From an uncultured Sphaerochaeta sp. (GTDB taxonomy: Bacteria; Spirochaetota; Spirochaetia; Sphaerochaetales; Sphaerochaetaceae), in assembly GCA_963667405.1 (NCBI GenBank), contig OY763408.1, forward strand, positions 579,757-643,756: 64,000 bases of DNA. The letters run 5' to 3'. The position numbers and the translations under genes were made by a program. The notes under the pieces are model-generated. The model saw only the letters and a list, made by a program, of their open reading frames with translations, did not search any database and was not told the origin of the DNA. Numbering within the stretch: position 1 is the stretch's first letter; each line of letters begins with the position of its first letter. Below, piece by piece: positions 46,586 to 55,855 of the stretch.

Positions 46586-46718
46586 GGTACCTACCTCTTG
46601 TGTTTGCTCCAGTATACGGCATGATTGGGAGAAAGTAAAAAAAATCACGGTTGGTTTGTTTCTTTTGGCTCAAAAAGAGGTCTTGGATGCAGTATGATGG
46701 CAAAGAAAGGGAAACGAA

Positions 46719-47315
46719 ATGCAGTTCAATGAGAAACTCAGATCAGTACGGCTTGCCTCCGGCCTGACGCAGGAACAGCTTGCGGAGAAGGTGTTTGTAT
46801 CGCGAGTTACGGTCTCCAAATGGGAGACCGGGCGCGGCTATCCCAATCTTGACTCGCTCAAGCAACTTTCGCATCTGTTCGGCATCTCCCTTGATGAGTT
46901 GTTGGGATCGGATGAGTTGGTAGCCATTGCCGAAGCTGAGGTAAAAACGGGTGTCCAGAAGGATCGCACCCTCATATTCGGCCTCTTGGACTGCCTTGGC
47001 GTGCTGATGTTGTTCCTTCCCATGTTTGCGGTTGCCACATCGGAGCGCATCATCCTCATCCCATTGCTGGAATTCCATACACCTTCCGATTGGATTCTCA
47101 AGACCATGGTGGCGGTACTGTTTCTGTTCGGTTGCACAGAGCTTGTGCTCCAGAATCTCAAGGCAGCTTTCTGGCAACGCTGGAATCCTCTCTTCTCCTT
47201 CCTCCTTTCGTTCTTTGCAACCCTGTTGTTCATCGCCGCCAGACAACCCTATCCCGCGGTTTTCATGCTGTTCCTGCTGGTTGCAAAAGGCATATTCGTC
47301 ATACGACGGCGATGA
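46719..47315 (+). CDS. Membrane-anchored XRE-family HTH regulator
   Basis: LRSVRLASGLTQEQLAEKVFVSRVTVSKWETGRGYPNLDSLKQLSHLFGISLDELL, followed by about four TM helices. Confidence 0.8.
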   Translation: MQFNEKLRSVRLASGLTQEQLAEKVFVSRVTVSKWETGRGYPNLDSLKQLSHLFGISLDELLGSDELVAIAEAEVKTGVQKDRTLIFGLLDCLGVLMLFLPMFAVATSERIILIPLLEFHTPSDWILKTMVAVLFLFGCTELVLQNLKAAFWQRWNPLFSFLLSFFATLLFIAARQPYPAVFMLFLLVAKGIFVIRRR

Positions 47316-47397
47316 TACGGAAAGTATCGCTCATGTAACCTCCTGTTTGTGGTGGTTTTTGCCCTCCTGTGCCCCAATGGCTGCAGGAGGATTCTGT

Positions 47398-48030
47398 ATG
47401 AGAACCTATGGTGTGTGGGCAGTGATGCTGTTGCTGCTTTTCCTTGTCTTGATCGCCCTGCTGTTGGGCGTGGATGTCCAGACTGTCGGCGTGGAGGGAA
47501 CAAGCCTTGGGCTTGCCCGTATGAATAGCTACCTTTTGGATGTGTTTGGCTTTCATCCCTGGTGGTATGCCCTCTCCGAATGGCTGGGGGTGGTGAGCCT
47601 GCTTGTCGTTGCCGGTTTCGGCCTGTTGGCCCTCACCCAACTCATACGGAGAAGAAGTCTCAAGCGAGTCGACCAATCCCTGTATGTGTTGTTCGCTTTG
47701 TACGGGGTGCTTGCTTTTCTGTATCTCTTCTTTGAGCATGTGGTTCTCAATTACCGCCCTCAGTCACGTGAACCCTCATTTCCTTCCAGCCATACGCTGC
47801 TCGTACTCTTCGTGATGGGCTCTGCATGCGTCCTGTTGTCCCGCATGATGCACAAAGGCTGGAAAAGGCATCTGCTGCAAGGCCTTTGCCTGCTCTGTAT
47901 GGCTTTGACGGTCTTGGGAAGGCTTCTCTCCGGCGTCCATTGGAGCACTGACATTCTGGGAGCTGTCTTCCTCTCTGCAAGCCTTGTGTTCTTTTTTGCG
48001 GCGGTCGTGAGCAAAGGTGGCCGGCGATGA
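47398..48030 (+). CDS. PAP2-family phosphatase (membrane)
   Basis: PSSH and SGVHWSTD acid-phosphatase motifs. CAGGAGG lies 7 nt before ATG 47398. The 334-aa track ORF is an over-extension. Confidence 0.8.
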   Translation: MRTYGVWAVMLLLLFLVLIALLLGVDVQTVGVEGTSLGLARMNSYLLDVFGFHPWWYALSEWLGVVSLLVVAGFGLLALTQLIRRRSLKRVDQSLYVLFALYGVLAFLYLFFEHVVLNYRPQSREPSFPSSHTLLVLFVMGSACVLLSRMMHKGWKRHLLQGLCLLCMALTVLGRLLSGVHWSTDILGAVFLSASLVFFFAAVVSKGGRR

Positions 48031-48707
48031 GAAGAATCATTCCCAGTATTCTGCTTATCGTTGTTCTGGGGTGCTTGCAGCCGCTCTGTGCCGCTCAGCT
48101 GTTGCCTCTGGATATGAGTGGGGTTCCAGCATTCGACCGGGCTTGCATGCAACCCTACAACCGGGACCTGGAAGTGGGAGGAACCGCCTTTGAGCTTGCT
48201 TCGCTGCTTGCCCCTGCACTCCTGATTGCTGAACCTGCTGACGAGTATCTGAGGTTTGCCACGATGTACGGGGAAACCCTGGTGGCTGCCTATGCCCTGA
48301 AGGAGTTGGGAAAACACTGGTTCTCCCGAGCACGGCCGTTTCTGTACTACCAAGACTATCCAGAGGAAAAGATTGGGGAAGGGGATGCGTATGACTCCTT
48401 TCCCTCAGGGCATGCAACGATGGCTTTTGCAGGAGCTGCCTTTACCAGTTATGTCTTTGCTGCCTACCACCCGGACTCAGTATGGAAGATTCCGGTAACC
48501 GCGGTCTCTTTCTCGTTGGCTATGGCGACAGCAGCCCTTCGGGTTGCAAGCGGGAATCACTTTCCTTCCGATGTGCTTGCCGGGGCTGTGCTAGGGACCT
48601 TGGTCGGGGTTGGGATTCCCTTCCTGCATCGCAGCCTTGCTTCGAAGCAGGAACTGACTGCTTCCGTAACACCCTTTGGGGTTGCGTTTCGGGTTGCCCT
48701 GCGTTAG
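48027..48707 (+). CDS. PAP2-family phosphatase (signal peptide)
   Basis: KxxxxxxRP (KHWFSRARP), PSGH and SGNHFPSD motifs. ATGA overlap with the preceding PAP2 gene. Confidence 0.85.
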   Translation: MRRIIPSILLIVVLGCLQPLCAAQLLPLDMSGVPAFDRACMQPYNRDLEVGGTAFELASLLAPALLIAEPADEYLRFATMYGETLVAAYALKELGKHWFSRARPFLYYQDYPEEKIGEGDAYDSFPSGHATMAFAGAAFTSYVFAAYHPDSVWKIPVTAVSFSLAMATAALRVASGNHFPSDVLAGAVLGTLVGVGIPFLHRSLASKQELTASVTPFGVAFRVALR

Positions 48708-49054
48708 GAGCGGAGAATCTTTTCCATCGCCTTGCCCTTGGCCAGTTCATCGATGAGCTTGTCCAGATACCTGATCTCCCGCATGATGGGGTCCTCGATG
48801 TCCTGGACCCGTACCCCGCAGACCGATCCGGTTATCTGCATGCGCGCAGGATTTGGTCGGGGGCAGTTTCGGATGAAGGACTCAAAGCTTGTTTCTTTCT
48901 GCAGATGGGACTCAATTCCCTGCTGGTCATAGCCGAAGAGCCAGCGTATGATCTGGTCCACTTCATCTTTCGTACGCCCCTTCCTCTCTGCTTTCTGGAT
49001 ATAGAGCGGATACACCCGTGCAAAGCTCATGCTGAAAATGGAGTGTGCTGCCAT
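48704..49054 (-). CDS. DUF2200-like protein
   Basis: [39 protein letters not shown] resembles the DUF2200 family. AAGGAG lies 6 nt before ATG 49054. Confidence 0.65.
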   Translation of the reverse strand: MAAHSIFSMSFARVYPLYIQKAERKGRTKDEVDQIIRWLFGYDQQGIESHLQKETSFESFIRNCPRPNPARMQITGSVCGVRVQDIEDPIMREIRYLDKLIDELAKGKAMEKILRS

Positions 49055-49167
49055 TGGTCGCTCCTTTGCTTTGTCCATCGTACTGTACGCATTTGTTCTT
49101 GTCAAAAAGTGTATTCTCCTTGCGTCAGCTTTCAGCGTCTTGTATCGTTCTCCATGAAAGGGAAGGA

Positions 49168-49992
49168 ATGCTCATGCATGATAAAAAAGGGTTTGGACTA
49201 CGGATCGTATTGCTGGCAGCACTGCTGACGACCTTGGTTTTGGGTGGATGTGCCACCACAACAAGGGATACTGATACGCTGCATCAGGTATCGGTGCTCA
49301 ACGCACTGTTGCTTGGGGAGTACGATGGCATCATTTCCGTTGGGGAGCTGAAAGAGCTCGGGGATACGGGAATCGGCACCTTCGATACCTTGGAAGGGGA
49401 GATGATCCTCTTGGAGGGAACGGTGTATCAGGCAAAGGCTGATGGTACGGTGGTGCAAGTCGGTGATGAGACGTTGGTCCCCTTCGCAATGACCACCTAC
49501 TTTGCTTCTGATATCAGCGAAGGAGACCTGTCAGGCCTTGCAGACATCAACGCGCTGAAAGAGAGATTGGATCAGACCATCATGGCCACCTCCAACGACT
49601 TCAACCGCTTCTATGCTGCCCTCATCACCGGTTCATTCTCCCACGTTCGGGTACGCAGCGTACCGGGCCAAACCAAGCCCTATCCCAGGCTTTCGGCGAT
49701 AGCTGCCGAGCAGAAGGAGTACGCGTTTGAGGATGTGGAAGGAACCATTGTGGCGTTTCGTTGCCCGCAGTACGTGAATGGGATAAACATGCCTACCTGG
49801 CACCTGCACTTCCTCTCATCGGATGCAAGCAGAGGCGGCCATCTTCTGGAAGCAACGCTTTCACAAGGAAATCTGAGGATGGGTGATATGAAGACCTACC
49901 AGATCCAGCTTCCTTCCTCTTCTTCCTTTGCCTCAATGGACATCGCCAACGACCTGACGAAGGAGACGCATGCTGTTGAAGGGGTGAAATGA
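49168..49992 (+). CDS. Alpha-acetolactate decarboxylase-family protein with a lipoprotein signal
   Basis: [51 protein letters not shown] is the ALDC N-terminal signature. It is preceded by [18 protein letters not shown] (lipobox). The start is ATG 49168 or 49174. Confidence 0.85.
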   Translation: MLMHDKKGFGLRIVLLAALLTTLVLGGCATTTRDTDTLHQVSVLNALLLGEYDGIISVGELKELGDTGIGTFDTLEGEMILLEGTVYQAKADGTVVQVGDETLVPFAMTTYFASDISEGDLSGLADINALKERLDQTIMATSNDFNRFYAALITGSFSHVRVRSVPGQTKPYPRLSAIAAEQKEYAFEDVEGTIVAFRCPQYVNGINMPTWHLHFLSSDASRGGHLLEATLSQGNLRMGDMKTYQIQLPSSSSFASMDIANDLTKETHAVEGVK

Positions 49993-49998
49993 AGGAAA

Positions 49999-50029
49999 CA
50001 CATCCCTTCCTCTGCCTGGGAGGGATGTG
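49999..50029. terminator. Hairpin between the convergent ALDC-like and AraC genes
   Basis: CACATCCCTTCC (49999-50010) pairs with GGGAGGGATGTG (50018-50029) with one mismatch and a 7-nt loop. Confidence 0.5.
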
Positions 50030-50051
50030 GACTCTCGGTGGATTCTCTTTC

Positions 50052-50915
50052 CTATCGCTGCTGGACAGGGGTCCAGACCTCACTGTATGCATACCCCGGT
50101 TTGCCTGGATCCATCCTGGTGAAAGAGAAAGAGGGCGCATTGATGACTTCGTAGCCTGAAACCGGCAACCACTCTGCATAGATCCGTGCCATGGTATCCT
50201 GCAAAGCGGAGGGGAAGGGCCCCTCACAGGGAAAGACAGCCCAGCTCATTGCTTCGACGGGGATTGCCTCCAGGAGAGGCCCAACCTCATCTTCGGTGGT
50301 CAATACGCCGATGAGATGGGTCAGGTACCCTTCCTCTTTCAGAAACTGTGCATCTGCATCAAAGGACGCGTTGACCACCTCCTTCGGCTCGATGTTCTGC
50401 AGCCGGTGCATCGCTTCCCGTTGTTCGGCTGTGATCGATTGTGCCAACGAAACGATTTCCTGGTTTACGCCCTCAAATTGCATCGGCACCCGTTTGGTTA
50501 CTCCCGCAAAGGTGAATGCGGGCATTTTCTTGATTCTGCACTCCATACTGGTTCCTCCAATCACGGATATTTTGAAGGAGAGGATGGGCGTGGTTTTGCT
50601 GAATCCCGATCTCTGGACCTCAGAGGGGAGCATCCCAGCCCATGCTGCAAATGCACGGCTGAATCCATCCAGCGAAGTATACCCATACCGATAGGCAACA
50701 TCGGTGACACTCAGTCCTTGGAGCAACGCCTTGTTTGCTTCAGACAAGCGCCGAATCCTGATGTATTCGCTGACCGTATAGCCGGACAATGCAAGAAACA
50801 CCTTGTTGAAGTTGTAGGCCGAACCTTTGATGAGGCGCGCCAACTCATCAGATGAGAGATCATCCCCAAGATGGTTCTCGATATAGGTTACAACGTTCTG
50901 CAATTGTTCAACCAT
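50052..50915 (-). CDS. AraC-family regulator with a GyrI-like effector-binding domain
   Basis: N-terminal HTH_18 (SEYIRIRRLSEANKALL...VTDVAYRYGYTSLDGFSRAF) and a C-terminal GyrI-like fold. Confidence 0.88.
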   Translation of the reverse strand: MVEQLQNVVTYIENHLGDDLSSDELARLIKGSAYNFNKVFLALSGYTVSEYIRIRRLSEANKALLQGLSVTDVAYRYGYTSLDGFSRAFAAWAGMLPSEVQRSGFSKTTPILSFKISVIGGTSMECRIKKMPAFTFAGVTKRVPMQFEGVNQEIVSLAQSITAEQREAMHRLQNIEPKEVVNASFDADAQFLKEEGYLTHLIGVLTTEDEVGPLLEAIPVEAMSWAVFPCEGPFPSALQDTMARIYAEWLPVSGYEVINAPSFSFTRMDPGKPGYAYSEVWTPVQQR

Positions 50916-51058
50916 GGACTTCCTCCACTTCTGGGTGCCAGCGTAGCACCTGCTGCATCATGATGCTCGACTTTGCCGCAGAACTTTTGTCGGATGGAAA
51001 CCTGATACTACAGAGGATAGGCTGGGTTTGTGGGCACATATACGAAAGATACTGCATG

Positions 51059-51934
51059 CTACAGAGCATTCCTATAGGGGAGATACTCCATGAATTTACG
51101 AACAACCAAGGGTCTGTCCCTCATACTCCGTACTGCCAGCCCGATTGACCTGAAGGCCGGCACGTCCAGCTCTTTTGCCACCACCTTGAAGGAGACACGT
51201 CTCAGTATGAGTTCGGGCAAAATGCTGATTCCCAATCCACATTCAATCATCGACATAATTGCATAATCATCCCATGTGGTGAAATGTGCGTGCACATCCA
51301 TCCCATTCTGTTGGAAAAGCTCCTTGATTTCCACATTAATCCCCCGTTCCAGCAGAATGAACGTGTTATCTTCAAGTGCTCTAATTGGAACACGTGAAGC
51401 CGAAACAAGCTTATGGTGTTCAGGCAAGACAACCAACAAACGTTCTTTTTCCAATAGCTGAGTCTCAAATTTCTGGAGGGTGGGTATTCTGACAAAACCA
51501 CAATCGACACGGCCCTCAGCTATCCACTGCTCGATTTCTGCGTAGTCTCCCAGCAGCAGCTCATACTCTATGTCAGGATATGCTCTCTTGAACTCGCGGA
51601 TAATGGGAGGCAGCCAATGTGTCGCTACACTCGAAAAAGTACCTATCCTAATCAAACCACACTGTAATCCATGTATTTCATTCACTCGCTGTTGAAGGTT
51701 CTCATATGCCTGGAAGAGATTTCTGGCATGCTGGAGTATGAGCATCCCATCAGGGGTGAGCGTTGCTCCAGTATGGTTACGTTCGAGCAAAGTAAGGTTC
51801 CAGTCTTCCTCGAGGTCCCGGATCATTCGACTAATTGCCGATTGAGTGTAGTTCAATTTTTCGGCTGCTTTGGTAAAACTTCCATGCGTAACTACAGCAA
51901 GCAACGCAGCATATTTTTGAAGCCCAGAATCCAT
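51059..51934 (-). CDS. LysR-family transcriptional regulator
   Basis: LQKYAALLAVVTHGSFTKAAEKLNYTQSAISRMIRDLEEDW HTH plus a LysR substrate-binding domain. Divergent from the EamA gene. Confidence 0.92.
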   Translation of the reverse strand: MDSGLQKYAALLAVVTHGSFTKAAEKLNYTQSAISRMIRDLEEDWNLTLLERNHTGATLTPDGMLILQHARNLFQAYENLQQRVNEIHGLQCGLIRIGTFSSVATHWLPPIIREFKRAYPDIEYELLLGDYAEIEQWIAEGRVDCGFVRIPTLQKFETQLLEKERLLVVLPEHHKLVSASRVPIRALEDNTFILLERGINVEIKELFQQNGMDVHAHFTTWDDYAIMSMIECGLGISILPELILRRVSFKVVAKELDVPAFRSIGLAVRSMRDRPLVVRKFMEYLPYRNAL

Positions 51935-52013
51935 ACACCCTCCTATCTATTCCATATTGGTATAGTATACATGAAAAATATTCGCTTTACTCATTAATTA
52001 GATCGTGTTATGA

Positions 52014-52883
52014 ATGGCCATCATGATAAAAAGAATGAATGGAACCAGTGCATTTGTACTTTCCATGGTCATATTTGGGACCATCGGAGCCTTTGTCCGC
52101 GTAATAGGGCTTTCTTCTCCGCTCATTGCCTTCTATCGAGGCTTGTTGGGAACGCTCTATTTTTTGCCAAGCATGCGCTCTTGGATAACAAATCAGCCAG
52201 ATCTTCTTTCGCTGTGGTTGTATAGGCGTAAACTTCTTCTCTCTGCTTTTCTGTTGGCAGGCAACTGGATCTTACTGTTTGAAGCTTTCCGAAATACCAC
52301 AATTGCCATCGCATCCTTGTTGTATTACACCGCACCTCTTCTTGTTTTGTTGTTCTCGAGGATAGGATCGAAAGAGCGTATTCCTATGAGGACTCTCATC
52401 TCCTTGGTTTCATCATTCTTTGGAATGGTGCTTCTCTGTAATGTTGAAGGGAACGACGGGTATAGTGGAAAAGGGGTTCTCTTTGGGATGGGCGCAGCTT
52501 TGTGTTATGCGGGCCTCATTATGGTCAATCGAAGCTTGAAGGAGCTTCCTGAGGAACACACTACACCGATTCAACTGGCCTTATCCACACTGGTATTGGC
52601 TCCCTACCTTTTCCTGTTTGAACTTGAGTCTTTCTTTCCAACACGAGTGGTGGGGTGGGCAGCGCTTGCTATACTGGGTTTTGTTCACTCGGGATTTGGG
52701 TTTCTCCTCTTTTTTCAAGGTGTCAAGACCGTAGAGCCAAAAAAGATAGCCATCTTGGGCTACCTTGATCCGCTTGTATCTGTGTTGATTTCAGTTTTCC
52801 TTTTCCAGGAGATTCTTACGCAATGGCAGATAGTGGGTTCTCTCATTCTTATCGTATCCATCGTGTTTGGGCGTAAGAAATAG
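52014..52883 (+). CDS. EamA/DMT-family transporter
   Basis: 289 aa, about ten TM segments, two EamA repeats. Divergent from the LysR gene. Confidence 0.85.
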   Translation: MAIMIKRMNGTSAFVLSMVIFGTIGAFVRVIGLSSPLIAFYRGLLGTLYFLPSMRSWITNQPDLLSLWLYRRKLLLSAFLLAGNWILLFEAFRNTTIAIASLLYYTAPLLVLLFSRIGSKERIPMRTLISLVSSFFGMVLLCNVEGNDGYSGKGVLFGMGAALCYAGLIMVNRSLKELPEEHTTPIQLALSTLVLAPYLFLFELESFFPTRVVGWAALAILGFVHSGFGFLLFFQGVKTVEPKKIAILGYLDPLVSVLISVFLFQEILTQWQIVGSLILIVSIVFGRKK

Positions 52884-52976
52884 AACACGCCATCAGCTTG
52901 CTTGTCGATGATCTGGAGGTGAATCCTTTGGCATCATAAAGATTTGATGAAGTACAGGAAATCTTGCAAATAGGTT

Positions 52977-54191
52977 TTAGGCTTGGCAATCCCCAAACAT
53001 GCAGACGCCGCCTTTACCCTTGCGCTTGATCTCATACATGGCAGCATCTGCATTCCGCAGCAGTGTCTCGCTGTTCATCTCCGATTCCGTGATGAACGCA
53101 ACCCCGATCGAGGCGTTGACCGTACAGCCCAGTGTGCCGACCTGGATGCTCTCCTGGATTGCGGCATGCATTCTCTGGGCAAGACTTTTCACGTGATCCC
53201 GTTCCTCGATGTCATGGAGGATGACCGCAAACTCATCTCCGCCGAGCCTGGCGACAAAATCCGATTCGCGCACGCACGTTTTCAGACGGTTGCCCACAGC
53301 AATGAGCACCCCATCACCCACATCATGACCGTAGGTGTCATTGATTGCCTTGAAGGTATCCAGATCGATGTAGAGAACTGCAGATATGTGCGTTTCCTTC
53401 ACCTGCTTGGCAACAAGCGCCTCCAAATGCTCGAAGAAGTAGCGTCTGTTCGGCAGACTGGTGAGCATGTCATACTTGGCATACTTTTCCATCTCCTGGG
53501 CGACCGCTTGGAGTTTTCCTTGCTCCTCATGAATCATCAGGTTCTCTTGCTCGAGGGCATAGAGGGATGCAAGCTTGTTCAGTGAATAGAAAATGGTACC
53601 GTAGGCTGCCAGAGAGAGGGCCACCAACAGAAGTATCGGCAGTCGGTTCTGCTCCAAGGTCAGCTTGATATCGTCCGTGACAAAGAAGTAGTAGGCCAGA
53701 TTGAGAAAGATGAACATCATCAGTATCGAAAAGGATGGCCAGTTCTTCACCACTGACTGGTAGGCGTTGAGGAAGAACCGCTTGAACAGATAAATCACCA
53801 AAACATAGAGAAGAAAGCGAATTGCGATATGCGGATACTCAGGGGAGGGGAAAAGCCGACCCAGATAGAAGCTGAGGGCTATGATCATCATGGCGATGTT
53901 GATCGAGGTGAGAAAGGTGAAGGACCACTGCATGATGCTCAGCTTGGTCAGTGGCTTGAGGAGAATGGCCACCAGAATGAACAAGAGTATGGTGAATCGT
54001 GAGAGGCCGGTCAGATCCCCTTGGATGTAGAACCAGAAGGAACTGCCGATATTGGTGGCAAAGGCCAAAGCCATGAAGAGGATGGTTTTTCTGCGACCCT
54101 CCAACTTGGTTTTGGTCAGGGTGAAGAGCAGGAGCATATACATGAGCGAGGAAACCAAGCCCCGCAAGAAGTCAGGAAGGAGTGTTCTCAT
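52977..54191 (-). CDS. Membrane-anchored diguanylate cyclase (GGDEF)
   Basis: Six-TM N-terminal domain, then DMLTSLPNRRYF...DLDTFKAINDTYGHDVGD...RLGGDEFAV. Confidence 0.9.
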   Translation of the reverse strand: MRTLLPDFLRGLVSSLMYMLLLFTLTKTKLEGRRKTILFMALAFATNIGSSFWFYIQGDLTGLSRFTILLFILVAILLKPLTKLSIMQWSFTFLTSINIAMMIIALSFYLGRLFPSPEYPHIAIRFLLYVLVIYLFKRFFLNAYQSVVKNWPSFSILMMFIFLNLAYYFFVTDDIKLTLEQNRLPILLLVALSLAAYGTIFYSLNKLASLYALEQENLMIHEEQGKLQAVAQEMEKYAKYDMLTSLPNRRYFFEHLEALVAKQVKETHISAVLYIDLDTFKAINDTYGHDVGDGVLIAVGNRLKTCVRESDFVARLGGDEFAVILHDIEERDHVKSLAQRMHAAIQESIQVGTLGCTVNASIGVAFITESEMNSETLLRNADAAMYEIKRKGKGGVCMFGDCQA

Positions 54192-54402
54192 CGCAGCCTC
54201 CGTTGTCCTGCATTGGACAATGTGAGCTTTGGAAGGAACGGGCTGGGTGTACGGTGTATGCGAAACCCTCTCTTTGAAGTTTGGACCATACGTTTTCCTT
54301 ACTGGTTCGTGTGAGATGTATGTAATAAGAGGTTATCCAAATCCTGACTCGACTGCAAGAAAAAACGGTGCGGATACGTACCGTGCAGCCTCACGCGCGC
54401 GC

Positions 54403-54933
54403 TCACGTATGCTTGTCATCCCGTTTCACAGAAAAAGCAAGATGGGGCATGTCTACACCACGATAGTGTTTGGTGAAACGCGTTCGTACCTGCATGCCGG
54501 CCCTCATCGCCACGTGCATCGATGCACTGTTCGTATCACGGATGATGGAGTACACCTCCTGGGCCTGTAGGACCGAAAACGCATAGTGCTTGCAGGCAAT
54601 GGCAGCTTCTGTTGCATACCCCTTGCCCCAGTACGCACGGTTGAACAGATACCCAATCTCCAGGACTTTGGTGTCGCCGATGCTTTGCCAGGTAAGCCCT
54701 GCCTGCCCTACCATGGCCCCGGTCTCTTTGAGGACAACTGCCCAGAGGCCGAATCCATCCTCTTTGTATCGCTTCAGATTCCGCTCAAGCCACGCTTGTG
54801 TTTCCTCATCCGAAAAAGGCCCTTCATACGCATACATGGTCTGGGGATCCTGCAGGATTGCAGACAGCATCGGATAGTTTTCCTGTGTCAGTTCCCGAAG
54901 CAGCAGACGTTCCGTTTCAAGGATGATCTTCAT
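54403..54933 (-). CDS. GNAT-family N-acetyltransferase (RimJ/RimL-like)
   Basis: LETERLLLREL N-terminus, GYLFNRAYWGKGYATEA acetyl-CoA motif. ATG at 54933. Confidence 0.88.
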   Translation of the reverse strand: MKIILETERLLLRELTQENYPMLSAILQDPQTMYAYEGPFSDEETQAWLERNLKRYKEDGFGLWAVVLKETGAMVGQAGLTWQSIGDTKVLEIGYLFNRAYWGKGYATEAAIACKHYAFSVLQAQEVYSIIRDTNSASMHVAMRAGMQVRTRFTKHYRGVDMPHLAFSVKRDDKHT

Positions 54934-54997
54934 GGTTTTTCCCCTTATGACTGAGGATTGCATACTAGCAACGGTTCCTTGGTCTGGGAAGAGGTGG

Positions 54998-55855
54998 TCA
55001 GAGGAGCTTCTTGTTTCCTTTGGAAAGATTCACCACCGCGAAAATGGACGTGCCGAGGATCAGGAGGAAGGAGATGGCGTTGATCACCGGGGTCGACCCA
55101 TCGCGTACCTGCATGTACATGTTGATCGGAAGCGTAGCCTGCGAACCGACGAGGAAGATGGTGGTGTTGAAGTTCTCGAACGACATCAGAAAAGCCATTG
55201 CCGCCCCGCCTATGATGGAGGGTCTGAGATACTTGAGGGTGATGAACCACAAGACCTCAGCCTTGTTCGCTCCCAGGTTGTAGGCTGCTTCCTCCAAGGT
55301 CCTGTCGAACTTTTTCAGCCTTGCTGAAACGACCAGGGCAACGATGGTGGAGATGAATGAGGACTGGCCGAGCACTACCAGAGGAAAGCCGGGGCCGAGG
55401 AACGGTACATAGATGTTCAGATGGTCCTCAATGAACAGGCCGATGGTGTTGGAGAACATCAGGATCGAGATGCCCAGGATGACGCCCGGAATGACCAAGG
55501 GAGCTATCATCAGAAAGTAGAGTGCTCCCTTGAAGCGGAAGTTCTCTTGCTCAAAGAGAAAGGCAGCACAGGTTCCCAGGAATGTGGAGACGATCATGAC
55601 GGCGAAGGCCACCTTGAACGAGGTGAACAGGCTCCTGAGATTCGTCTGGTCATGGAAGATGCCATACTTCTTGGGGCCGTTGCCGAAGAACCAGTCGAGG
55701 GTGGCTCCTTGCCAAGGAAGGGAAGGGTACATGGAGTCGTTGAAGGCAAGCACCATGGTTACCACCAACGGGGCAAAGAGGAAGATGAAATAGAGGACGA
55801 TGAAGAGAGTGAATCCATATCGGTACTTCTTCGAGGAAGGCAAACTTCTGATCAT
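54998..55855 (-). CDS. potC: Spermidine/putrescine ABC permease
   Basis: BPD_transp_1 permease with EAAYNLGANKAEVLWFITL. Last gene of the pot operon. Confidence 0.85.
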   Translation of the reverse strand: MIRSLPSSKKYRYGFTLFIVLYFIFLFAPLVVTMVLAFNDSMYPSLPWQGATLDWFFGNGPKKYGIFHDQTNLRSLFTSFKVAFAVMIVSTFLGTCAAFLFEQENFRFKGALYFLMIAPLVIPGVILGISILMFSNTIGLFIEDHLNIYVPFLGPGFPLVVLGQSSFISTIVALVVSARLKKFDRTLEEAAYNLGANKAEVLWFITLKYLRPSIIGGAAMAFLMSFENFNTTIFLVGSQATLPINMYMQVRDGSTPVINAISFLLILGTSIFAVVNLSKGNKKLL

